Notes under the pieces: model-generated
What the model was told of the DNA's origin: nothing
The model's database searches: none
Seen by the model: the letters and a program-made list of their open reading frames with translations, nothing else
DNA from: Lama glama
Lineage: Eukaryota
Reading direction: 5' to 3'
Assembly (NCBI GenBank): GCA_028534125.1
Contig: CM052816.1
Span: forward strand, 101,866,001 to 101,930,000
Length of the DNA: 64,000 nt
Shown: positions 1 through 33,400 of the stretch, in pieces
Layout of the letters: each line of letters begins with the position of its first letter
How positions within the stretch are numbered: the first letter of the stretch is position 1
Position numbers and translations under genes: made by a program

Positions 1-3000
1 AGGCACCTTCAACCACGGCCTCAAAGAGTCACGACTGGAAACACAGCCTTTCTAGAGGCAGCGTGAACACTTACGACCGCCTTAGCAACACCTCTTTGGT
101 CTGATAAACACAACTTCTAGAAACTTGTTCTATGACAGCACATTCCTGAAGATCAGAAGCAACCTAAGAGTCTAATAGTGAAACTGTGCACTCAGTTGAC
201 AGATACAGTAGCGTCTCCGGTTCTGCACCAGGCAATGCGGACCTGATGGTCACAGGCTTGGCTGGAGGGGAGGGCTAATCCTCCAGCCATCCCAGAGTGG
301 GGCCTGCCACGGTCATGGAGTAAAGCAACCCCACCTTCCTCTGCTTCCACCTGAAACTCCACTGTGCAAGTTTCTGGGAAGAGAAGACACAACAGGCCAC
401 GTCAGGGGTCCCTGAGACCACCCCTGGCGTGATGAATCGCTAAGACTCACAAAACTCACTGGCACAGTTTGTGGCAAAAGGCACAGAGTAGAATCAGCAG
501 AGGGAAAAGGGGCAGGGAGACCAGGCGCTGCCTCCCAGGTGTGGCACAGGGCGTGGCAGGGGGCACCCCTCACCTTCCATCAAGAGCTGTGACCACACCT
601 CGCACATGTCGTCAGCCAGGGAGGCTCCAGGCGCCCGGGGAGAGTGGGTGGTGGAGCAGGGTTGCCACAGTCTCACGGTCAGTATGAGCTATCCAGGCAA
701 AGGGGCAAACGTTCTTGGGGCAGCCTGTTGTCACAAAGGCCCACCTGGGGGACGCGCGGGCTCTGAGCAGGCAGGTGGAAGGTCAGGAAGGTAAACACCA
801 GGCCCTCTGCAGCCTCACCAAGCTGGGCCTGTGAGAGGGTGCAGTGAGGGGACCTGATGAACAGTCTGCATGGAACTGTTGGCTTGTGTGGTCTGGTTTC
901 TCTCACTTCTTCTCAATGTGGGATCCCCAGGAAAGGTGATGTCTATTCTGATAAAAAAAAAACCCTCAAAAAGAATACATGACTTATTGTTTAAAGTCCA
1001 GCTAAAAAATGCCTCCTCAAAATACATCAATATCAACATGTTACGTTAACCCAAACCTACAGAAATGCAAAAAAAGGGGCTCAAGCAAAATTAACTTCCA
1101 TAGTTCCAAGGAACAATATGAAAGCATAAAATTTTTTTTAAAAAAGGACCCAAGTGAAGATAGTTTGTGACACGTTATTTCAAACAGAAAGGACAGCAGA
1201 GCCCTCCTTCTTCATACCTCTTAACTGCACCCTCCCTGAGAGCAGCTGCTTTTAGAAGCTCTCCTAGGGAAACAAGCCACATAAAGGACTCAGTGTCCAG
1301 GACCCACAAGTGTTTCTCCAGGGCGGGGCTGCTTGGGTTCTAACAGCCGCAGAGCACAGACCTAACTGAGGAGGGACCCATGCTATTCTGTAGCGTCAGT
1401 TTTCTCACCAGTAACAAACTAATTAAACTAATGTCCTGAAATACCCTAATATTCTAGTCCTAATATGAAAACAGAAGTCCATTCTTGCGGGAAAAACCGA
1501 AAGTCACCGGCTGTGGGAATTCAAAGAGGAGATGGAAGAGAACTGACTCGCGTCCTTCTGGTGACTGAAGCCAGGACAAACGACACCACCATGAACAAGA
1601 GCCTCACCTCCCTCCAGGAAGCCGGCGTCCAGTAGCCAGAGGTGGCTACAAAAACTACTTCAGTGGAATGAGAAGGAAGGTGCTGCAGGGTTGGGAGGCA
1701 GGACCCACGCACCGCCCCCAGGAAAGGCCAGTGTTCTGGGCGGAAGGAGCAGAGCTCCCCGCAGCTGCGCACTGAGTGGGTGCCAACGTGAAGAGGCAGC
1801 TGAGACAGAACAGGGTTCAGGTGAGCACCTAACTGTGAGGCACACACCTGGATTCCAGTCCTGGCTCTCACCTGCAGAGCAGGACAGGCAGCTGGGCCAA
1901 GTGCTATGAGGCTGTGACAGAACCCGAGATCCGTATTCATTAATAACCCACCTCACTGCAGAAAGGACCTAACAGAATTTATGAAGATGTTTACCACAGA
2001 GCAAAATAAATCCTAGTTATGTGGGACTGGAGGAGAAAAGGATAAGAAAGAAAGAGGTCTAAGACTATCAGTAAAACTCACCTCTTAAAAAATCTAAATT
2101 CTCGCTACCGACAAGTAAGACATTTAACTTTAAAATTTTAGCAGTTAAAGTGAAGAAAATGCGATTGGTTAAAAGATTTAGGATTTGTAAGATACAAATG
2201 AAGTAATACAGAACAGCTACCAACGTTGCTTCCACACAAGCAGCATCATAACCCCAGGGAGGAGTGAGACCGTCATTTCCGTCATTTCCCTTGGGGGCCG
2301 CCCCACAGAAGGCGTGGCGGCCAAACGTGAGCCACCCTCGGGGCTAAGCGATTATCGGCTTCATGGGGCAAGTGCTCACCTGTCCTCAACAGACGCTGAG
2401 GGAATCCCACAGGGCAAGTCAAGAAAAGTGACTCACAGGGGCCACTGTGAGATGGTCCTGATTCACGCTTATTGGTTGGGTTCAATCAGGTATTGATTTC
2501 AAAGATCTTAGGAATGGTGGACTAAACATCCCGTGGGCACTTCTGTTAAAATTATCTCTCTCCAGCAGGCTCCTGGTTCAAGACTATGTTCTTGTGAAGA
2601 CTGAAGAGCCGTATGTTTTAACGACCAGCTGAACTCGGGGCAGTACTGACACCCTCTAGTGCAAACATGACCCTGCAGCAACCTGTAAATACAAATCCAC
2701 CAGCAGTAACAACAGAGTATCCATGGTGTGTGCGACAGTGGGGGCACGCTTCCCCTCTAACCCACACCCCAGGATGGGAGGCAGCCTCTGCCTCCTGCAC
2801 CACCAGCCTGCTCCCCTTTAGTAAAGATGAGCCTTTCAACAACTTCGTTACTTCTTAGATCCATCCCTCTTCCAGTTTGAATAGCACACCTCTGCAAAGG
2901 CACCACAGACACAAGTCAGAAAAGATGGTGGTGTGTGAGGGACTGAAAAAGGGCAACGCAGCCAGGCAGTTAATGAAGTGAGCACCTCCATAGATTAATC

Positions 3001-3458
3001 ACAGTGAAACCGGCACCAAGGTGACTCCACGGCGAGCCCCCAGCACCCCCAAGGGAATGACAAGCATCTCCCCTCTGACGAGCCCACCTCCCTGGACTCT
3101 GGCCGCCAGCGCCTCCAGTATCCCCAGCCGTTCCCCCTTTAGTGCCTCTGAGACCTTGATGCTCCTCTCCAGAGGAGGCCCAAGTTGCAATTACCTGAGA
3201 ATGTCGATGGTCTTCATACAGGTGAAGGACGTCTGCTGCACAGAGCTAGGCTCCCTGCTGCTCCCTGACACCCACACCCAGCCGCCTCTCAGGCTTTCCC
3301 TGTGCTGGTCCACGCCGCTGCCCCACTAGCTCGGCAAGGACCCACTCAGAGCAGCAGGGACAACCAGGAGCACCCCCACCACAGGCCAGCAATAATAATT
3401 AAGTCATAATGGCTTGGAAAATAAATTAGAGAAAGAAGTTATTTACTACGGGTGGTCA

Positions 3459-5080
<1,622 letters not shown>

Positions 5081-7154
5081 CTAGCCTTCTAGCGTCTCAG
5101 GGGTTTGAGTTCTTGCTCCAGATCACGCTGACGTGTTTCATCCTCCTCCGCGGCTTACAGCTTGAGGAGTCGAGCACCGAGGAGGCGCCCGAGACTTTTC
5201 CTGGACATGACTCCATTATTCAGGGCTCTGGCTCCGTGTCTGACCCCTTGTCATTCTCCAGCTGTATTGTATTCCGTCCCTTTTCTCTCTCTTTTACCCA
5301 CCAGACCATATGCTGGAGAGTTTTTTTTAACTCTTCAAAGAGATTAAGATACTCTGACTTCGACATTCACACAGATCATTTAGTCTACAAGCCTCTTCAA
5401 CAATGTGGCTTTTTAAATCACTTAATGAATTCAAGTGGTTTCTAGTTTTATCCTCATAAAACATTCACATCACTTGTTGACTAACCCTAGCTACAATTTT
5501 CCACAGCTCTTTGTAGTTTCTGAAATCAATTTTTTTCTATCTCCCATCTCTGGCTCCTTTTTTGTTCTCTAGAACTCCACAAAATTAATACGTACGATTT
5601 TACGATCGAATTTGTAAGTTTTCCAGTACTGTGTAACTTCAGCAAGAAACTTCTCAGCGACTTCAGCTGGCCTTGGCCTCCCTCTCCAGACGGTGTCATG
5701 GGCTCCACCAATCCTCAGCCAAGATTCCAGCCTAGATTGCCACAGCCAGCACCGTCTGTGGGGCCCAGAAGTGCTCCATTCCACTTTCTGTTTAGGTCTA
5801 GAGATGGGAAATGCTTCATGCAAAAGGAGCACTTTTACTGAATCTACCTTCATGTTTAAATATTCCTGTCATCCTCATCCCAGCACCTTGTGGCAAGGTA
5901 TCAAGGCCCACATTTTACTGGCAAGAAAAATGTGCTGGCCTAAGGTTGGAGGCAGAAGAGATTCTAGTCCAGGTCTGTCTGTGTCTTTTCTGTGCCACCT
6001 CAGTGGTGGCAAGGCTTATTCTTAAGAGGGAGGTTAATTTAGGAAATGAAGATTTAAACGAAAATCATACCCCTCAATGCATACCCATATATATGTACAA
6101 ATGAGCCTAGGATTCATCAGAGACTGGCCTGGAGCGTTCGCAACTAGGCAGCCCTAGTCCCTCCCTTCACCTCAGCCCTGATGGCCAAGAGCTGAAGCTC
6201 TGTGAGGCTAATCGAGGCACGCACATGGATCGTGGCACCTGTGCTATGCCCTAGTGCAGTACTTAACCCACAGTCCTGGCCACAGACCGCTGCCATCCAT
6301 TTGGGGGGGTGTCACCTGGAGTGCCAACACCACCTTGCCAAGATGTACAGCAGGAGCAGTGCCCACCTTCTGCCAACAGAAAGAGGCAGACAATCTCCCG
6401 CCCCTGGCTCTGCAGACCAGTCAGTAAAGTATTGATGTGCTTGCCACTATCTCCTCGCCTATCTTGGGATTCAGTTCCCTCCTAACCAGATCTGTTCTAG
6501 GCCTTCCGTTTAGATGATGTCTCTGGGTGAAGAGAAGTGAACGGGAAGACATGGCTTTCTTCCCTAATATTGGGCCAGTCATTCCTTTGGTCTAACTTCT
6601 CCGAGCTAATTGGAAAAAATGCCTCTTTTATCATCCTTAGAATTTTTCTAAACATTGGCTCTAAACATAAGGTGCTAGTATTCCTAACAGTTTTCAGTCC
6701 ACTATCTTGTTCATCAGTCTTCAGCATATAGTAAGCCCTCAATAAACACATGAAATAAATGGATGACCAAGTAGGTTATATGCCCTCATTCTGTCCTACG
6801 TACACGTGTGTCAACGCACGCACTCACAGACACATCTTGTATCATCTACCTCAACAGCTTTTCTCAGAAGACACTCGGGTTCATTACTTGTGTTTATCTT
6901 CTCAGCAGGACCACTATGGCACACTGGAGACCTTTCCTTTTCCAGTCACTTCCCTGCTGACAGCCTTTGGCACAGAATGCAGGGCAGTCTGTGTCCTGCT
7001 CTCTCCTTCCTTTTCAGCAAATATTCTTGTCAGAATTCAATACGAAAGCGAATGACTTTCCAGTTTGTATTTAACTCTGGCTTCTTACTGAGCAGTGGTC
7101 AATTTATGGAACACACGATGCTAGGTTAAAGGAGGTATGACCAAAGTCTTCACT

Positions 7155-7343
7155 AGCATTGGCCCCTGAAACTTCCTGCAATGATGGAATTGCTGTATCT
7201 GCCGTCCAGTGTGATGGCCACCAGCCACACATGGCTACCAAGCACTTGAAATGGATCCAGGTGACAGGAGAATGGAATTTTACATAATTTTAGTGAACTT
7301 AAATATAAATAGCCAAGTGGCTGTTGCTATGAACAGTGCAGGT
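7155..7343. mobile_element. MER3/MER33-like hAT-Charlie non-autonomous DNA element
   Basis: gccaccagccacacatggcta...gcacttgaaatg...aaatagccaagtggct resembles the MER3 consensus as recalled. Confidence 0.65.
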
Positions 7344-8001
7344 CTGAGTATTTTACTATGTAGCTTACCTTTTTGATTCTTTCGACCCACACTAGAAATT
7401 ACCCACATCTCTCCAGGCAGAATGAAATTTTCTTTTTAGCTTGGAACACCTTTTTTTTTCCCCTTTTTTACTTCCCTGGTGTGTCAATTCCCCCAACACA
7501 CATGCGTTCCTCTAAAACCCTGAACACACATTTTACAAACATTTCTAGTACGAAATGTTCTTTCCCGTGGTTCCTTACCTCGTGGAGCCCGTAGAAACTT
7601 ACATTTCCAGACAACCCATTTCCCAGTGGTTTTCTTGGTCCCAGAATATTCATGAAAATAGTTTGAAAGTTTGTTTTTGGTTCAGAAGTAGCAGATGAGA
7701 TAAGGAAACCACCCCATCAGTTATTTCTTTGCAACCGAATCAGCCCTCCTGTTACCATCCTGTCACCATCCTGTCATGCCTCAGGGGTAACTGTGCTGGC
7801 TTTAAATTTCCTGTCGTAACACTTAAATGTTGCTCGAATGCCCACAGTAACACTTCCACCTTGTTTACAAAGCACTTTGGTATAAACTTCATTATATCTC
7901 CTGGCTGGGATGAAGCGGTCTGAGGTGGTCAGCAGTCCTTCTGCCTGTTATATTCTCCTGGAAATCACTTCATTCATTTTGTTGGACCACATCACTCCAT
8001 G

Positions 8002-8130
8002 CAAGTAGTTTTCAAAGTGTGGTCCCTGGACATGTTAGAAATGCAGATTCTCAGGCCCAACCCCAGGACCTACAGAATCAGCTCTGGAGTGGAGTGGGGC
8101 TGGGAATTTTCTAACAAGGTGATGCTGGTA
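8002..8130. mobile_element. MER5A-like hAT-Charlie fragment
   Basis: caaagtgtggtccctggac...ttagaaatgcagattctcaggccc...agaatcag are MER5A hallmarks. Confidence 0.75.
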
Positions 8131-8414
8131 CAGTCAAGTGCACCCGGACTGCAGAATGGTGCCACTCGTCTATCTCAGGAAGCCCTCTGTGAAGTTCTCT
8201 AATCAACTAGGTTATCATGAATTGCAATTTGTAGAGAAAAGGCAGGATAGTCATTTCATCATTTTCCTTTAATTGTCCATTGTCAGTGTTAGCAGTCAGT
8301 GCCCTAGTTACTTCCAAGAGTCATTCATTATATTCCTATTTGGTTCTGGTTTTTTAAAATTACCATTATGAATTCAGTTTTTAATATATTCAACCTATTT
8401 CAATCAGATGTAGT

Positions 8415-8700
8415 CTTTACAGTTTGGATGGTAGAAGTTTACCACCACACTTTCTCTGCAGAGCTGTGGGAAACAGGGACTCGGGCACTACTGCTGGCAA
8501 TGCAGAACTTCACAGCCCCTACGGAAGAGAATTCTGCAGCATCTCACAAAACAAGTGTACTTGCCCTCTGACCCAGGGATCCTACTTCTAGGACTCCCCC
8601 TCTGAGAAACTGGCAAAGAAAACGACTCCACACAGTTACTCACTGAGGCAACAACACAAATGTCCTGCTAGAGGACAGAACACTCGTGCAGTGGAGCACG
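8415..8700 (+). mobile_element. Ancient L1 (L1M/L1ME) ORF2 3' fragment
   Basis: tgtgggaaacagggactc...actgctgg...tgacccagggatcctacttctagga resembles degenerate L1 ORF2 end. Confidence 0.55.
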
Positions 8701-9592
8701 AAGCAGTCAAAAGGAGAAGGGAGGAAGATCGGCTGATGAGGAAGGACCCCAAATGTGCAGGCAAGGGGCAGAGCAGTTTACTAATTAATACAAACATGTA
8801 TTTCCTTTCTTCTTCCTCAGGACACTAACTAGAAAGAAAAAACAGTGGGGGCCATGGAGGGGAGTGGGGAGCAGGGGGGACAACTAAGGAGGTGAGCTCT
8901 GAACACACAGGCCTTGGAATCATGTAAACACTTTACATATTTACAAACTGAAAATCTTAAAGGCAATCTTTAAACTTGAAAAATAGAATCTGAAACGAAT
9001 GAACCTGACTGCCTAGGACTGGATTCTACAAAAACTGCCCCAAGACAACAACCTAGAAGGTGGCCCCAAGCAGCATCTGCACAGAAGTGGGAAAAGGAAG
9101 AAATCCATTCACAGCCACATCAGCTTCCATTAGTATTTGGTCATTTAAATACTTCAGGACACATGTTCACCTATCAAACCATATGCTAAGAACAAGGAGG
9201 AAGTGTCTGTTTTCTGCATTTGCTGTCAGGCACCAAAATTCATTTCTACTCAAACATATACTACAACAAAATTTCTGGACTTTGATGTGACAGAATAAAA
9301 AGACAGGCACATATTTCAGGTCAACAAATATGCCTCAAGTCAAACAGTGTAAGATTATAAATGAGCTTGGAAGTAAAAGCAAGTTTGTAACTTTCGCTTC
9401 ATTTAAGAATCGTGCCCAGTTTGATTACTTTCCAAGAATGAAGCAGGGATAAAGACAAGTGGAACACTCCTGGCTGTTGGTCACTGCAGGCAGTCTCCCT
9501 CGGATGCGTCCTCAGCTGAAGGCGGCGGTCACGACACGAACACGGATGTGAGCTGTTACACATAATTGCAAGAGCGGGGTACTCCAGTCTCC

Positions 9593-29255
<19,663 letters not shown>

Positions 29256-30352
29256 GTCCGCTCTCCGCAGCTGTCCGCCAGCCCCGCGCAGACCGCGCCT
29301 GCGCACGTCGCCGCGACGCGGGGTTGGCCGCGGGGCAGGGGGGAGGAGCGGCGCGCCTGCGCACATCGCAGCGCCGGGTTCTTAACGTCACCGCGCCCGG
29401 GGTCAACGGGCGACGCCGCGCCTGCGCAGAGACGACCCGCAGACGGCGGCGCCCGGGACAAGGGCCGGAGCTCCCCGCTCGGGGTAGGTCGGCGTCCCGG
29501 GGGTCTGGGCCCGCGGGCCGGGCCGAATCGGGGGTCAGGCGTCTTCACGGACTCGTCTGGTTTCTCCTCCTGTCCACACGGTGTTTGGTTTTTGTTGAGT
29601 TTACTGGAGTTTTTGAAATGAACCAGTGCTCGCCGGTACGTGGTCTCCGCCCGCTTTTTTCTCCGGGACGGAGCGGGAGTTACTGTGCCGAGCAGGTCTG
29701 GACGGGCTGCCCCCGGGGCCGACGTTCGGGGGTTAACTGCGCGGCGCCCGGTGCGTGCCGGGTTCCGCTGCTCTAGGACTGTGCGTCTCCGGAGGAGGAC
29801 CCCGTAGGTTGCGGGGTCGGGGGGGCGGACCCTGTAGTTTATGGGGTTCGAGGGGAAGGAAAGCTGCTCCCAGACCTACCCTCTTAGGGTTCCACGCTTT
29901 AGTGCTTTTCATCCTCTGAGTTTTTTATTCCGTGCTCGCCACAAGCTCCTTAACAGTAAGTCCTGAAACTTTTTTTTGTGGTCGTTTCTTTATTGCCATT
30001 TAGAATTTTATGTCTTTAGGTGTTTAACAGGTATTTATTGGAAAGCCCATTAAGAGTTTTCAAAAGCTGAATTGGGTTCCTTTTACATATATTCGCCTTT
30101 TCTATTTGTATTTCAGCTATTTGAGACACATCTCTCTCCACCACGGTTTGTGAGCGGCTTTTGCCTGAAATCTTGTTTTTTTCCTCCTTTTAATCCCATA
30201 GGGCTCAGTGCTGTGCAGCACATACCTAGATCTAAAAATTTTGGAAGGGAAAAAGGACTCATGAGCCATGTAGATGTCATAATTGTGACCAGTGTTATTT
30301 TACTCATTTTGTATGGTTAATGATGTTACTATTTACTTCAAGGTGTATCTCC

Positions 30353-30473
30353 ATGAATAACTTAAATAACCCTCCAAATTGGAATATCCGGCCTAATTCC
30401 AGGGCTGATGGTGGTGATGGAAGCAGATGGAATTATGCCCTGTTGGTGCCAATGCTGGGGCTGGCTGCTTTTC
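30353..30473 (+). CDS. CCDC127: CCDC127 first coding exon (exon starts at 30343)
   Basis: 121 coding nt including the hydrophobic segment YALLVPMLGLAAF. Confidence 0.95.
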
Positions 30474-33400
30474 GTAAGTCATGGTTTTCCTGACATTTCA
30501 CTTTTCTGGGCTGAAAGTGTGGAGCCGAAACATCTTGGGCTTTGGAACCTGACAGCTGTTGACTTGGGGTGGTGAGGGGAATGCCCAAAGTGAGAGCTGC
30601 AAGTTGAGTTTTATTCAGGGTCTTACTGAGGAGTGTAGCCCAGGAGGGAGCCTCTCAGACAGTTCTTAGGAACCTCTCTGAAGATGCCGGGGAGGAGCTG
30701 GGATACAGGTGAATGTTTCAGCTGGGAAGCGTACCTCTTGGTAAAAGATTACCAGTTGTCACAAAACAATCCAGGTATCGCAAGTTAATGATTTTAGTGC
30801 TTACCTCTGAAGGGAAGGTCACTGAGATTCTTCCTTAGTTGTGCGTCTTAACTGTGCAGGGTCCTATACATCCAGAACACAGAATGCCTTCGTCCCAAAT
30901 GCCTTTCAGGCTGAACTTACAGGTCAGCGGCTGCTGCAGCTGATGGCTTGACCCTTCTGTGACTGGAGTTTTGGACAGCAGTCTTTGTTGACACAGATGC
31001 ATGCGCACAGCCTTGTTTTATCACAGATGTGTGTCTTAGCATAGTACTTAGCCCTCTGAGCCTTGGCCACTCTGACTGTCAGTCATCTGCATGCACTATG
31101 AGGGGTAAATAAGACAGGACATTTGGAGGCATTTCATGTGGAGTGAGTTGAGTAACTGCTTGCACCCTTTTATAGCGTCTTTGCTTTGAAGGGGCTCCCT
31201 TGCTTCAGCTGCCCTAAGAGGACCTATGAGGAAGAATAAAACAGGCAGAAAAGAAAAGCTGTTTTGGATGTCTGTGTGATATTTAGGAAATTGGTCTTCG
31301 GGAGGCTTCCTCTGTGAAACTTCTGCTCAGGCCAGAAACTCTCTGCTTTGAACTGACTTTGTCTACTCTGGGGAAATTACCAGTCGCCAGTCAGTCGTAA
31401 TTATTCCAGTTCTTAGTTTATGTCCCTGCCACCCAATAAATATCCTGATGTGCAGGAGTTAGTTTTATATTTTGTTATTGTCAGGGAGAAAGAAATTTTT
31501 TTCTACACTTCTGAGTTCTTCTGGCTGGTGCAAGAATTAAACTGACATGAGACAGACTAACAGGAGAAAATCAAACAGAAGTTGTTAACATGTATACGTA
31601 GGAGAGACCCAGGAAAACTGAGTAACTCACCAGAAGGGCGTAAGCCCTCACCCTGCATACCATCCCCCACTGAAGATAAAAGAGGGTTTCGGGGTGGAGA
31701 GTTAGTTACCAGAGATGACCAGAAAAAGTGCAGTATTCAAGGGTGGGGTGGTTATGCAGCCTTCTCCTTTGGTAAGTTTCCAGAGATTTGGTCAGCCTCT
31801 TCCTGCTTCAGCCAGGGAGACACCCTTACAAATGGAGGTCTCCCTTTTAACTTTAAGTGTTCCTTACGAAAGGATAACGCCTGCTTGGTTTTCCAAGTTT
31901 CTCCCATGACTGCTGTTTCTTAGAAAATAACCAGTCTTAAGTAACCCTTATGCCAAAGAGATGTAGTGAGGGTGGCATATTCTGCTACCCCGTATCACCT
32001 CCCATGGTTCTGGGTTGGCACTTAAGAGTATGAGAAACTGAAAACTTGGGAGGAAGACCAGCAAGAGCTCCCCTCTGTTGTGTGGCGCGTGGAGTGGCTC
32101 CCACAGGTTGGAGCCGAGAAAGTGGAGGCTGATGAGAGTAGCATTTATCACTCCATTTGTCTGCTGTGACTTTCAGACTGTGCTGGGGGCTGCTTAACCC
32201 TCATGTCTTCCATATAATTTCTTAACCTTGTAATAACACATTTTTGGAGAATCCATACAAGAATGCAAAGTTTAGAAGTTTTCTCTGATCACATTACCCT
32301 GAGCAAGATAACCGAGACGAAAAAGTGCAACATTCCTCAACCCTTCTGAGGGACAGAAAGTATCATTTCAAAACGACAAGCAGGCCGGAACCTCAAATGT
32401 GCTGATTACCATCATCGCCTGAAAAGAAATGCACAGCCTGAAAGTTGAGGGTGGTTTCATTGGGCAGACTTTCTGAGGACTTCAGGCCTGAGGAGGCAGC
32501 CTCTCAGATGCTCTGAGGGACCACTCCCAAGAGGGAGGGGAGGAGCCAGGATGTGTAGGAGTTTGCTCAACAGTCAACAAAGACCAGGTGGTTGGAACAT
32601 TAAAGATTACTGGTAATTAAAGAAAACCAGGCATCTTGAGTTAATGCTGTGGATCTGGTGTGCCTGAGGAAGCACAGCTGTCACCCAGATTTGGGTGATA
32701 TGGCGATCAGTGTGTTAATACATTAATGCAATGTGTACAATACGTAGCACTCTTCCACGCACGGAAAGACGCAGGCGTCTGGGCTCATTGAAATCACTCC
32801 TGTGATGTGCACCTGAGCTGCCCAGGGCCAATGTCCTGTTCTTCCCTACCCTGAGTCCCCTCAGGCGCCACTACTGGGGACGTGGCTGTGGCCGAGGGCT
32901 TGGCAGCAGGCAGCCTCCCCCTTTCCCGCTTGGTGTCTATTCTTCAGGGCTCCCAGGAAGGCTTGATAACCACAGCGTCCTATTCACACCAGACAAGCTG
33001 TAAAAGCCAGAGAGTCGGAAAAACAAGTCCCCTTGGGCCTTTCCCAGCCTCAAAACTAGCTAATTATTACCTGAGTAAGTGGTGTCACTCAGCAGTTCAT
33101 CGCCCTAGCCACAGGCAGCCTCTCTGGGTATTAGGTAGGGTTTTGCAAGCTGGCAGGCTAGTTTGTGAACAGCAGCGCCCTTAGGGCTGGAGTTGGGCTG
33201 CAGATCCCTGAATCACAGAACCCGCCTGTTCATCAGCCTCCTTGGGAGTCGATGTTCAGTTTTTTGAGAAAGTGCCAGATGTTCCCCAGAGTGGCTGAAC
33301 CATTTTGCTCTTTCGTCCGGTCTCTTGGGTTCCCCCCTCTTCTGGTGTGGTCACCACTGCCCTTGCCTGTTCTTGCGGGCGTGCAGTGACACCCCCTGTG

